From: an uncultured Collinsella sp.
GTDB lineage: Bacteria; Actinomycetota; Coriobacteriia; Coriobacteriales; Coriobacteriaceae
NCBI GenBank assembly: GCA_900762405.1
Contig: CAAFGI010000068.1
Location: forward strand, 1-35,283
DNA: 35,283 nucleotides
Reading direction: 5' to 3'
This document shows, piece after piece, positions 10,309-18,339 of the stretch. The position numbers and the translations under genes are program-made. How positions within the stretch are numbered: position 1 is the first letter of the stretch; every line of letters starts with the position of its first letter. The notes below the pieces were generated by a model. It did not search any database. It was not told the origin of the DNA and saw nothing but the letters and a program-made list of their open reading frames with translations.

Positions 10309-11334
10309 TTAAGCAACGAACTTCTCGAAGTACTTGATGGTGCGGACCATCTGAGAAGTGTAGGAGTTCTCGTTGTCGTACCAAGAGGTGACCTGAACGA
10401 GGGTCTGGCCGTTGCCGAGGTCAGAGCACATGGTCTGAGTGGCGTCGAAGATGGAGCCGTGGGTCTCACCGATGATGTCGGTGGAGACGATGTCGTCCTC
10501 GTTGTAACCGAAGGTCTCGGAGATGGTGGCAGCGTAGGCCTTCATAGCGGCGTTGACCTCGTCGACGGTAACCTTCTTGTCAACGACAGCGTAGAGGTTG
10601 GTGATGGAGCCGGTCGGCGTCGGGACGCGCTGGGCAGCACCGATAAGCTTACCGTTGAGCTCGGGGAGAACCAGGCCGATAGCCTTGGCAGCACCGGTGG
10701 TGTTGGGGACGATGTTGACGGCGCAGGCGCGGCTACGACGCTTGTTGCCCTTGCGCTGCGGGCCGTCGAGCGGCATCTGGTCGCCGGTCCAGGCGTGAAT
10801 GGTGGTCATGATGCCGGACACGATGGGAGCGAAGTCGTTCAGACCCTTGGCCATCGGGGCGAGGCAGTTGGTGGTGCAGGAAGCAGCGGAGATGATGTTG
10901 TCCTCAGCGGTCAGCGTCTCATGGTTGACGTTGTACACGATGGTGGGCAGATCGCTGCCGGCCGGAGCGGAGATGACGACCTTCTTGGCGCCAGCGTTGA
11001 TGTGGGCCTGAGCCTTAGCCTTGCTGGTGTAGAAGCCGGTGCACTCGAGAACGACGTCGACGTCGAGGTCGCCCCAAGGCAGGTTGTTGGCGTCGGCCTC
11101 CTTGTAGATCTTGATCTCCTTGCCGTCAACGGTGATGGAATCCTCGCCAGCAACGACCTCGTGATCGCGAGCGTAGTTGCCCTGCGTGGAGTCGTACTTC
11201 AGCAGGTAAGCGAGCATATCGGGAGAGGTGAGGTCGTTGATAGCGACGATCTCGGAGCCCTCATGACCGAACATCTGACGGAAAGCCAGACGACCGATGC
11301 GACCGAAGCCGTTAATAGCAACCTTTACTGCCAT
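10309..11334 (-). CDS. gap: Type I glyceraldehyde-3-phosphate dehydrogenase
   Basis: [16 protein letters not shown] active site, TGAAKA, WYDNE. Start at MAVKV after RBS AAAGGAG. Confidence 0.97.
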   Translation of the reverse strand: MAVKVAINGFGRIGRLAFRQMFGHEGSEIVAINDLTSPDMLAYLLKYDSTQGNYARDHEVVAGEDSITVDGKEIKIYKEADANNLPWGDLDVDVVLECTGFYTSKAKAQAHINAGAKKVVISAPAGSDLPTIVYNVNHETLTAEDNIISAASCTTNCLAPMAKGLNDFAPIVSGIMTTIHAWTGDQMPLDGPQRKGNKRRSRACAVNIVPNTTGAAKAIGLVLPELNGKLIGAAQRVPTPTGSITNLYAVVDKKVTVDEVNAAMKAYAATISETFGYNEDDIVSTDIIGETHGSIFDATQTMCSDLGNGQTLVQVTSWYDNENSYTSQMVRTIKYFEKFVA

Positions 11335-11468
11335 TGTGTCTCCTTTCGTAAGGCCCCCGCGAGCTACAGCGCCCGCCGTTGAGGCCCACAAACTAACCAC
11401 TCGCCTAATATACCTTTTTTTTGACTTGAATTTCACGAGAATGCTCGAAATTGAAAATCAAATTTACG

Positions 11469-11482
11469 TTAAAACGTTTTAA
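11469..11482. promoter_or_regulatory. Perfect 14-bp palindrome TTAAAACGTTTTAA upstream of gap (candidate LacI-family operator)
   Basis: Palindrome with central CG in the AT-rich gap upstream region; the regulator assignment is inference. Confidence 0.35.
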
Positions 11483-11527
11483 AGAATAAAATAGCAGCTA
11501 AATCCGTATATACGTCGATACTTTAAA

Positions 11528-12457
11528 CTACTTGTTTGCTTCAATGAGCTTTTCAAGCCTCAAAACTCGATGGTAGAGGGCCGACTTCGACAAGGGAGGG
11601 TCAGCCATCTCCCCCAGATCGCGCAGTGACAGATCGGGATAGCGCTCGCGCAGGTCGCAAAAGACCGCCAAGGCGTCCGGAAGCGTGTCGCGCAAACCCC
11701 GCTGTTCGAGCTCATCGATCAACGCAAGCTGATGCTGGGCGGCACCCGCGCTTCTGGTCTGATTGGCCAGTTCGGCATTCACGCGACGGTTTACGTCGTT
11801 CTTAACCAATTTGACCGCGCGCGCTTCCTCGATCTCGGCAACGCTGCGCTTGGCGCCGACCAGCTTTAGGAGCTGCTCGATCTCCTCGGCGCTCTTAATG
11901 TAGACAGCAAAGGATCCGCGCCGCGCGTTAACGCGCGCATGGACCCCAATCTGCTCCAATAGATCGCAAAGTCCCCGGGCATACTGCTCGCCTTGCACCG
12001 CGATCTCCAGATGAAAGTCGCCACGGGGATCGGCCACGAAACCGCCGGCGATGAGCGCGCCGCGGATGTAGGCAAGCCTGCAGCAGGGACGGGCAACGAT
12101 ATGCCGGGGAACACCAGCGACGAGCCCTCCCCTTCGGTCGAGGATGCCCAGCAGCACCAGAGCCTTGTCCAGGTCGGGTTGATCGGGCAGGGTAATGAGA
12201 TAGTTACGGACCTTATGCAAGACCGATTTACGAACGGTGAATTCCGTTTTGAGCTTAAGGATGCGATGCGTCAGTGTGATCATCGTGCGCGCGACGGCAC
12301 CCGTCTCGGTCGCGACCGTCAAACGATACCGCCCGGAGCCGGCCAGCGAAAGTGTACCGCTCACACGCGTCAGGGCGGCAAGCGTCGACAAATCGCAGTA
12401 TTCACATTCGGGTTCGCAGCGCGCGAGCTCGTCACGCACCTCGGCGGTAAACGACAT
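11528..12457 (-). CDS. whiA: DNA-binding protein WhiA
   Basis: MSFTAEVRDEL N-terminus, NRRVNAELAN, C-terminal HTH (LSLRDLG...LSKSALYHR); located downstream of rapZ. Confidence 0.93.
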   Translation of the reverse strand: MSFTAEVRDELARCEPECEYCDLSTLAALTRVSGTLSLAGSGRYRLTVATETGAVARTMITLTHRILKLKTEFTVRKSVLHKVRNYLITLPDQPDLDKALVLLGILDRRGGLVAGVPRHIVARPCCRLAYIRGALIAGGFVADPRGDFHLEIAVQGEQYARGLCDLLEQIGVHARVNARRGSFAVYIKSAEEIEQLLKLVGAKRSVAEIEEARAVKLVKNDVNRRVNAELANQTRSAGAAQHQLALIDELEQRGLRDTLPDALAVFCDLRERYPDLSLRDLGEMADPPLSKSALYHRVLRLEKLIEANK

Positions 12458-12463
12458 GCAGGC

Positions 12464-13384
12464 CTATGCTTTCGTGTTGGCGCGCGACAGGTCGCGATGA
12501 GAAATGCTCACGTGATACTGGGCGCCTTCCAAATAACGTGCCGTGGCCTCGGCGATGGCAACGCTGCGGTGTTGACCGCCCGTGCAACCGATGGCAATAG
12601 AAAGCTGTGGCTTGCCCTCCGCGATATAGCCGGGCATGACCGTATCGAGCAGCTGCGTCCAGGCCTTCCAGAACTCCTGGGTCTTGGGATGGTCCAGAAC
12701 AAAGTCAGAGACTTTCTTATCGAGACCGGTCATCGTGCGCATCTCGGGATCGTAGAACGGATTGGGCAGGAAGCGAACGTCGATCATAATGTCCGCCTCG
12801 ACGGGCATACCGTGCTTAAAGCCAAACGAGAACACGTGAACGTCCATGAGCTGCTGGTCGGACAACTCGGAGAACGCCATGCGCAATTTGTTGCGCAGAG
12901 CAGAGGTGCGCAAGCGGCTCGTATCGATAATCATGTCAGCTCGGTCGCGAACGCCCTGCAGCTGCAGGCGCTCGCGCTGAATCGCATCGGCCGTAGTCTC
13001 CCCCGGCTTGGCAATGGGATGGCGGCGGCGGTTTTCACTATAACGACGGATCAGCACCTCGTCAGAGGCCTCGAGAAACACGATGTCACAGCTCATCTCG
13101 CGCTCCTCGAGTGCGGCAACGGCATCGAGCAGCTCATCGAACAAGCCCTGGCTGCGCAGGTCGCAGGTGACGGCAAGATGCCTGCCCACGCCCGTATTGA
13201 TGCCGACGAGTTCGGCAAGCTGGGCGATCAGACGCGGAGGCAAGTTGTCGATGCAAAAGTAGCCCATGTCCTCGAACACATGCATGGCCTGCGTTCGGCC
13301 CGATCCAGACATTCCGGTGATGATGACGATATCGGGGATGCGCTCCGAGCGCTCCGCCGCATCCATGGCATCTCCCTTTTGCAT
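12464..13384 (-). CDS. rapZ: RapZ/YvcJ-family P-loop nucleotide-binding protein
   Basis: TGMSGSGRT, IDNLPP, SFGFKHG, DVRFLPNP, GCTGGQHRSV. Start at 13384 after AGGAGG; a second ATG six codons later is possible. Confidence 0.93.
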   Translation of the reverse strand: MQKGDAMDAAERSERIPDIVIITGMSGSGRTQAMHVFEDMGYFCIDNLPPRLIAQLAELVGINTGVGRHLAVTCDLRSQGLFDELLDAVAALEEREMSCDIVFLEASDEVLIRRYSENRRRHPIAKPGETTADAIQRERLQLQGVRDRADMIIDTSRLRTSALRNKLRMAFSELSDQQLMDVHVFSFGFKHGMPVEADIMIDVRFLPNPFYDPEMRTMTGLDKKVSDFVLDHPKTQEFWKAWTQLLDTVMPGYIAEGKPQLSIAIGCTGGQHRSVAIAEATARYLEGAQYHVSISHRDLSRANTKA

Positions 13385-13396
13385 GTGCTGCCTCCT

Positions 13397-13432
13397 AAAA
13401 CAAGCGCGGGACCCGGCCAGCGGATCCCGCGC
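13397..13432 (-). terminator. Terminator-like hairpin between nanE and rapZ
   Basis: Minus strand GCGCGGGATCCG-CTGGC-CGGGTCCCGCGC-TTGTTTT. Confidence 0.65.
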
Positions 13433-13483
13433 GATCAATTGCCTTTATTGAGTATACCGCCCCAAGCGGATACGAGGCCTGTC

Positions 13484-14170
13484 TTACGCCTCAAGTGCAG
13501 CCTTGAACCAACTCGTAATACTCGTGGGGTGCGTAATGGCAGTGCCTACGACAACTGCCCAGGCGCCCGCATCAATCGCGGCGCGGGCCTCCTCGGGCGT
13601 GTGCACGCGGCCCTCGCAGATGATGGGAAGACCGGGGAATTCCTCGGTCGCCTGGCGCAGGAGCGGCAGATCAGGGCCATCGGCCATGGTGCAGTCGATG
13701 GCGGCGACACCGTGAGAAAGCGTAGTGGATACCAGGTCAAAGCCCATATCAACTGCACGGCGAATGTCCTCGATGGTGGCACAATCCGCCATCAGGAGCA
13801 CGCCCTCCTCGTGCAGCGGACGGAAGGTGTCCTCGACGGTCTTGCCATCGGGACGTGGGCGATCAGTGGCATCAATTGCCACGATGTCGGCACCGGCGGC
13901 AACGCAGGCGCGAGCATGACGCAGCGTCGGCGTGATGTAGACGCCCTCGTGCCCATCCTTCCACAAGCCGATGACGGGGACCTCGCAGCGGCCCTTAATG
14001 GCGGCGATGTCGGCAAGACCCTGGCAGCGAATAGCGGCGGCGCCACCAAGCTCGCAGGCGCGAGACATCTGAGCCATGGTCTCGGGCGTACGAAGCGGCT
14101 CGCCCATATAGGCCTGAACGCTCACGACGAGCTTGCCCTTTAGGGACTGGATCAAAGGATCAACGGTCAT
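13484..14170 (-). CDS. nanE: N-acetylmannosamine-6-phosphate 2-epimerase
   Basis: LVVSVQA, PVIGLWK, VYITPT, AIDATDRPRPDG, CEGRVHTP, VVGTAITHP. Start at MTVDP after GAAAGG. Confidence 0.92.
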   Translation of the reverse strand: MTVDPLIQSLKGKLVVSVQAYMGEPLRTPETMAQMSRACELGGAAAIRCQGLADIAAIKGRCEVPVIGLWKDGHEGVYITPTLRHARACVAAGADIVAIDATDRPRPDGKTVEDTFRPLHEEGVLLMADCATIEDIRRAVDMGFDLVSTTLSHGVAAIDCTMADGPDLPLLRQATEEFPGLPIICEGRVHTPEEARAAIDAGAWAVVVGTAITHPTSITSWFKAALEA

Positions 14171-14195
14171 GTTCGACTCAACCTTTCTCAAAACA

Positions 14196-14293
14196 GCCTT
14201 CTGAGACACCGCACCTTGACGTTCAAACCGTCGCTCGCATACCAAAGTACGCTTCGCTCCTCTTTCACGTCAATCTGCGGCACCTCAGAAGGC
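14196..14293 (-). repeat. Structured intergenic repeat, copy 1 (~98-nt hairpin)
   Basis: Long hairpin whose G-T wobbles form on the minus strand; aligns with 15348-15448 (+). Confidence 0.7.
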
Positions 14294-14310
14294 GCACTTG
14301 GTAGTTATGT

Positions 14311-15276
14311 TTACTTCAACGACGCAAGAAGGTGTTCGGCGGCACCGATAAGCGGCGCGTCGCCCTCCAGAGAACCGATGAGGATCGGCGTGTCCTGAAG
14401 CGGGTCGAGCGCCTGGCTGGCATAGCCCTCGTGCACCGAGTCCTTCCACGTTTGCGAGCGCCAATCGGGACCCTGGTGAATCACACCTCCCGAAAGCACG
14501 ATGACCTCGGGATCCAAGATGTTGGCAAGCGAGCCCAAGCTGGCGCCCAGCGCAAAGCCGGCGTCATGGATGACCTCGGTCGCCTTTGCGTCGCCCGCAC
14601 GGCACAGGTCGTTCACATCGCGACCGACCGAAGGACGGCTGGGGTCGACGCGACCAAAGCGCTCATCGTACATACGACCAATGGAAGTGCCCGAAGCAAC
14701 CGACTCAAGATGACCAGAACGTCCGCAGGCGCAGGGAATGCCGGCGGCAGCCGAGCACTCGATATGGCCCATATGGCCGGCAGCACCATGGAAGCCTTGC
14801 ATCACGCGGCCGTCCTCGACATATGCGCCGCCGATGCCTGTACCGATGCCCAGACACAAGACGGAGAACTTGCCCTTGCCGACGCCCCAGTGGGCCTCGC
14901 CCAGAGCATGAGCCTGCACGTCGCCCACAACGGCAACGGGAAGACCAAGGTCCTCCCGCAGACGCGGCCCCAACTGAACGCCGGACCAGCCGGGCATGAT
15001 CTCGTTGGCATAGGCGATGGCGCCCGTCTTGGGATCGACGACGCCTGCGGCACCGATACCGACGCCGAGGACCTTGACATCGGGATTCGCCTCAAGAGCG
15101 GCCTTAATGGACGCCTCGATACGCTGGAAGACGGCCTCGCCGCCCTCCTGGGCCTCTGTAGGAACCTCGGCCTCAAATACGGGATGGGGCACGCTGCCGT
15201 CAGCCGGATACTCCATAATGGCAGTCGCAATTTTGGTGCCGCCGATATCGACGGAGCAAACGTACTTGTTCTCCAT
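14311..15276 (-). CDS. nanK: ROK-family kinase, probable N-acetylmannosamine kinase
   Basis: VDIGGTKI, GTGIGG, NanK-like GHMGH, CACGRSGHLE metal motif; lies between nanA and nanE; RBS AAGGAG. Confidence 0.8.
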   Translation of the reverse strand: MENKYVCSVDIGGTKIATAIMEYPADGSVPHPVFEAEVPTEAQEGGEAVFQRIEASIKAALEANPDVKVLGVGIGAAGVVDPKTGAIAYANEIMPGWSGVQLGPRLREDLGLPVAVVGDVQAHALGEAHWGVGKGKFSVLCLGIGTGIGGAYVEDGRVMQGFHGAAGHMGHIECSAAAGIPCACGRSGHLESVASGTSIGRMYDERFGRVDPSRPSVGRDVNDLCRAGDAKATEVIHDAGFALGASLGSLANILDPEVIVLSGGVIHQGPDWRSQTWKDSVHEGYASQALDPLQDTPILIGSLEGDAPLIGAAEHLLASLK

Positions 15277-15347
15277 GTCGCTCTCCTTAGGAGATAAAAA
15301 CAACTACAGGAAATGCGCCGTCAGACTAGCCGCCACAGCGCGGTAAA

Positions 15348-15448
15348 GGTTTTCCAGGTGCCCGAGGTTGGGGTGAAAGTGGTCAGGCGTTGACCTAATG
15401 GGTCATGCCCGACCACTTGAGCCCCAAGATTGGGTGCCTGGGGAAGCC
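15348..15448 (+). repeat. Structured intergenic repeat, copy 2 (~101-nt hairpin)
   Basis: Long hairpin whose G-T wobbles form on the plus strand; homologous to the reverse complement of 14196-14293. Confidence 0.7.
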
Positions 15449-16369
15449 TTACAGGAGACCGTTGTCCTGGAGGACCTTCTTAATCGCCTCGACGTTCTCG
15501 CCGGTCATGGCCTTCACCGGGCGCGGCATGGTCGGGCTGTCGAAGATGCCCATGAGGTTCATAGCGGTCTTGAAGGCGCCGACGCCACCGGCATAGCCCT
15601 GGACGCCCGAGGTGACATCCCAGATGTGCGAAATCTCATTGAGGCGATCCTGCTCGGCCTTGACGGTAGCCCAGTCACCAGCCTGAGCGGCCTTCCACTG
15701 ACGCACGTAGCCCTCGGGCTCAACGTTGGCGAGACCCGGGACGGAACCGTCGGCGCCACCGAGGTAGGCGCCATCGACAACAACCTCGTGACCGGTAAGG
15801 ATGCTCATCGGATGGCCGTTCTTCTCGTTCTCCTGAACGAGGTAGCGGAACGAGATGTCATCGCCCGAGGAATCCTTGACGCCGGCCAGGACGCCCTCGG
15901 CGCCGAGCTTGGCAAGGAGCTTCCAGGGGAGCTTGGTGTGGACGCACACGGGGATGTCGTAGGCGAAGATGGGCAGGTCGAGCTCCTCGTGCAGGATGCG
16001 GAAGTGCTCCTCGACCTCGGTCATGCCCTGCAGGGCATAGAACGGGCAGGTAGCGACGAGGGCATCGGCGCCCAGCTCCTGGGCGACCTTGCCGTGCTCG
16101 ATCATGCGCTCGGTCTCGGTGTCGATGATGCCGACCAGAACGGGAACGCGGTGGTCGACGATGCGCACGGCCTCGGCGATGATCTGACGGCGACGCTCGT
16201 CGGTGGAGAAGACGACCTCGCCCGAGGAGCCCAGGAAGAACAGGCCATCGACGCCGGCATCGATCATGCGGTTGATGCTGCGCTCAAAGGAGGCAACGTC
16301 AAGCTGGTGGTCTTCGGTATCGGGAACAACGACGGGAGGGATAACGCCGGTGAATTTCTGAGTTGCCAC
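15449..16369 (-). CDS. nanA: DHDPS-family aldolase, probable N-acetylneuraminate lyase
   Basis: GSSGE motif, catalytic Tyr (AYDIP) and Schiff-base Lys (GVKDSSGD); GTG start after AAGGAG; nanK/nanE context. Confidence 0.82.
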   Translation of the reverse strand: MATQKFTGVIPPVVVPDTEDHQLDVASFERSINRMIDAGVDGLFFLGSSGEVVFSTDERRRQIIAEAVRIVDHRVPVLVGIIDTETERMIEHGKVAQELGADALVATCPFYALQGMTEVEEHFRILHEELDLPIFAYDIPVCVHTKLPWKLLAKLGAEGVLAGVKDSSGDDISFRYLVQENEKNGHPMSILTGHEVVVDGAYLGGADGSVPGLANVEPEGYVRQWKAAQAGDWATVKAEQDRLNEISHIWDVTSGVQGYAGGVGAFKTAMNLMGIFDSPTMPRPVKAMTGENVEAIKKVLQDNGLL

Positions 16370-16437
16370 AAGAATCTCCTTAGTTGTCTGGCGGGCGACC
16401 CTATGCCACCCACTCTTGTTGGCAGTGTCCAGGCCGT

Positions 16438-17289
16438 CTAGGCCAAAGAACACGGGTAGAACGTTTGGTTAAAGAAGTCGACGACTTCGTTTTCGAACGC
16501 ATTGATGCGCTCATGAGCGTATTTGGCATAGATGATATGCCTCCGGTCACACTCAAAACCGTTGAATACGGCAAACTGACCCTTGGGGTCGCTCACGGTA
16601 TCCATAAGCGATGTGCCCATGAGCACCGAGCCGCGCACCCGAGACGACAGTGCCTCGAGGCCACCGGGAATCGGATTGGCGACCGCCGTGCAGGCGAGGC
16701 CCTGCTCATCCAAAGCAGAAACCGCCAGCGCGACTCCGCCGCCAAGGCCCTCGCCCCATGCAAAGATGCGGTCGGGGTCCATGCCATCAAGATTGCGCGC
16801 AACCTTCGCCAACGCGCAACCCCAACGGACGCGCTCGACAAAAGCGGGCGAGGTAATCCCCTGCTGCAGATCGTCCGCACCAGCAACATCGTCATCCAGC
16901 GCGAGAACGGCATACCCCATGGCGGCAAATCTCGTCATGTGATGCCAGCCGCGCACAGGCCGATCGATGTCGTGAAACATCAGGCACAGCGGCACACGCT
17001 CAGATACTCGGGCACGACCAACAGGCTCAATCAAACGAGCGTGGACCGCATCGTCACCGAGTTCAAAGGAAACCTCGGAGTAACGGGCGCAGGGGTTAAC
17101 AAAGTCAATCGCCGTAATGGCCAGGCCTTGAATCTCAAGATTCGAAGCGCATGCCTCTAAATCAGAAACATCTGCTTGGACGTCACCGTACCAGCCCCGA
17201 TATTCTGCGAGCCTTAACGAAATCGTTCCAGGAATTCCCACGAGCCCGGGGACTATCAGCTCGTCAACATTGCTCTCGCACTTAGACAT
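16438..17289 (-). CDS. Acetylxylan-esterase (CE7)-like protein lacking the catalytic serine
   Basis: Collinear with the upstream esterase, but GEGLG replaces GxSQG; HE is retained; RBS GGGGAGG; 8-nt overlap with the upstream stop. Confidence 0.7.
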   Translation of the reverse strand: MSKCESNVDELIVPGLVGIPGTISLRLAEYRGWYGDVQADVSDLEACASNLEIQGLAITAIDFVNPCARYSEVSFELGDDAVHARLIEPVGRARVSERVPLCLMFHDIDRPVRGWHHMTRFAAMGYAVLALDDDVAGADDLQQGITSPAFVERVRWGCALAKVARNLDGMDPDRIFAWGEGLGGGVALAVSALDEQGLACTAVANPIPGGLEALSSRVRGSVLMGTSLMDTVSDPKGQFAVFNGFECDRRHIIYAKYAHERINAFENEVVDFFNQTFYPCSLA

Positions 17290-18259
17290 GAGCCTCCCCT
17301 CCCTTGCAGAAAAACGGAATGATCAGATCATCAAAGTCCTGAATCTCCTCGTGGCCAAAGCCCTCAAAGAACTCATGACGCTTGTCGCAGGACAGGTTGT
17401 TGTACACCGCAAACTGCGTTGCCGGCGGGCAGACGATATCGGCCGTGCCCGTGCCAAACAGCACGGGGCACTTGACCATGGGGGCAAAATTCTTGGAATC
17501 GAAGTACGCCAGCTTGGCATAGGCTTCCTCGATACGAGTCGAGTCCTCGTCAAACCAACGCGACCAATAGCGCAGGCCCTCGTAGGCAATATCGTCGGCG
17601 TCCAGATCCCAAACCAGGCGGAAGTCCGATAAGAAGGGATAGAGGATGGCCGCGCGGTCAACCAAATCGCTGTTAAGCGCGCAGGTCGCAATACCCAAAC
17701 CGCCGCCCTGCGATGCGCCGTTCACATACACGCGGGTAAGATCGATGCCCTCGAGCTCGCGAACGATACGGCACAGAATGCGAATATCCTGGTGCAAGCG
17801 GACATAGTAGAGATTGGCCGGGTCGCCGTCGATACCGGCGACGATATGGCCCGCGACCGTCGTGCCCTCAAATCCACCAATATCCTCGGAGGGGCCACCC
17901 TGGCCGGGGCAGTCGAGAGCAATGAGCGCCATGCCCATGCCCGCAAACGACGCCTGCTCAAACCAGCTGCGGCTCGCACCCGGATATCCATGGAACTGAA
18001 GCACCAGCGGCATGGGCTCCTCCGAGACCGGCTTGAGGTACTTGGCATGCAGGCGTGCACCACACATGCCGGTATACCAGAGGTCGAAAAACCGACAGGT
18101 CGCGGAATCCGCAACCGAAGCCGCCTCGATCGCGTAGTCGAGCTCGACGGCGTCGGCCTCGGCCATGCGGTCCTTCCAAAAGAGATCGAAATCCGATGGA
18201 CGGGGCATAGCGCCTCGATATTCACCAAATTGCTGTTGTAGCTCTTGAGCACTTGGCAT
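17282..18259 (-). CDS. Acetylxylan esterase/cephalosporin-C deacetylase (CE7) family, putative sialate O-acetylesterase
   Basis: PSDFDLFW, FHGY, PGQ, GASQGG nucleophile elbow, Asp (ADIVCPP), GHE. Start uncertain (ATG 18259 vs TTG 18274). Confidence 0.82.
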   Translation of the reverse strand: MPSAQELQQQFGEYRGAMPRPSDFDLFWKDRMAEADAVELDYAIEAASVADSATCRFFDLWYTGMCGARLHAKYLKPVSEEPMPLVLQFHGYPGASRSWFEQASFAGMGMALIALDCPGQGGPSEDIGGFEGTTVAGHIVAGIDGDPANLYYVRLHQDIRILCRIVRELEGIDLTRVYVNGASQGGGLGIATCALNSDLVDRAAILYPFLSDFRLVWDLDADDIAYEGLRYWSRWFDEDSTRIEEAYAKLAYFDSKNFAPMVKCPVLFGTGTADIVCPPATQFAVYNNLSCDKRHEFFEGFGHEEIQDFDDLIIPFFCKGGEAHV

Positions 18260-18295
18260 GGCTCGTGAACCCAACCTTTCGAAATCGCAACGGAG

Positions 18296-18323
18296 GTGCG
18301 CCCGGCAAGGGAACCGGGCGCAC
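18296..18323. other. 10-bp perfect stem-loop between the ABC ATPase and esterase genes
   Basis: GTGCGCCCGG...CCGGGCGCAC; no U-tract on the minus strand. Confidence 0.5.
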
Positions 18324-18339
18324 GGGAGGGAAAGCGAGG

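Noticed and set aside
11528..12457. WhiA as a homing endonuclease or mobile element
   Set aside because: WhiA has a domesticated LAGLIDADG-derived fold and sits in its usual core position.
12464..13384. Arg instead of Lys in the RapZ Walker A (GSGRT)
   Set aside because: This is a common variant in actinobacterial RapZ/YvcJ proteins.
15348..15448. Cobalamin riboswitch or integron attC interpretation of the repeat
   Set aside because: GGTGCCC...GGTGAAAG resembles a B12 riboswitch start but lacks GGGAA and the B12 box. There are no RYYYAAC/GTTRRRY ends, the copies are inverted, and no integrase is present.
15449..16369. Annotation as dapA
   Set aside because: The GSSGE motif rather than GTTGE, and the nanK/nanE/transporter context, favour NanA.
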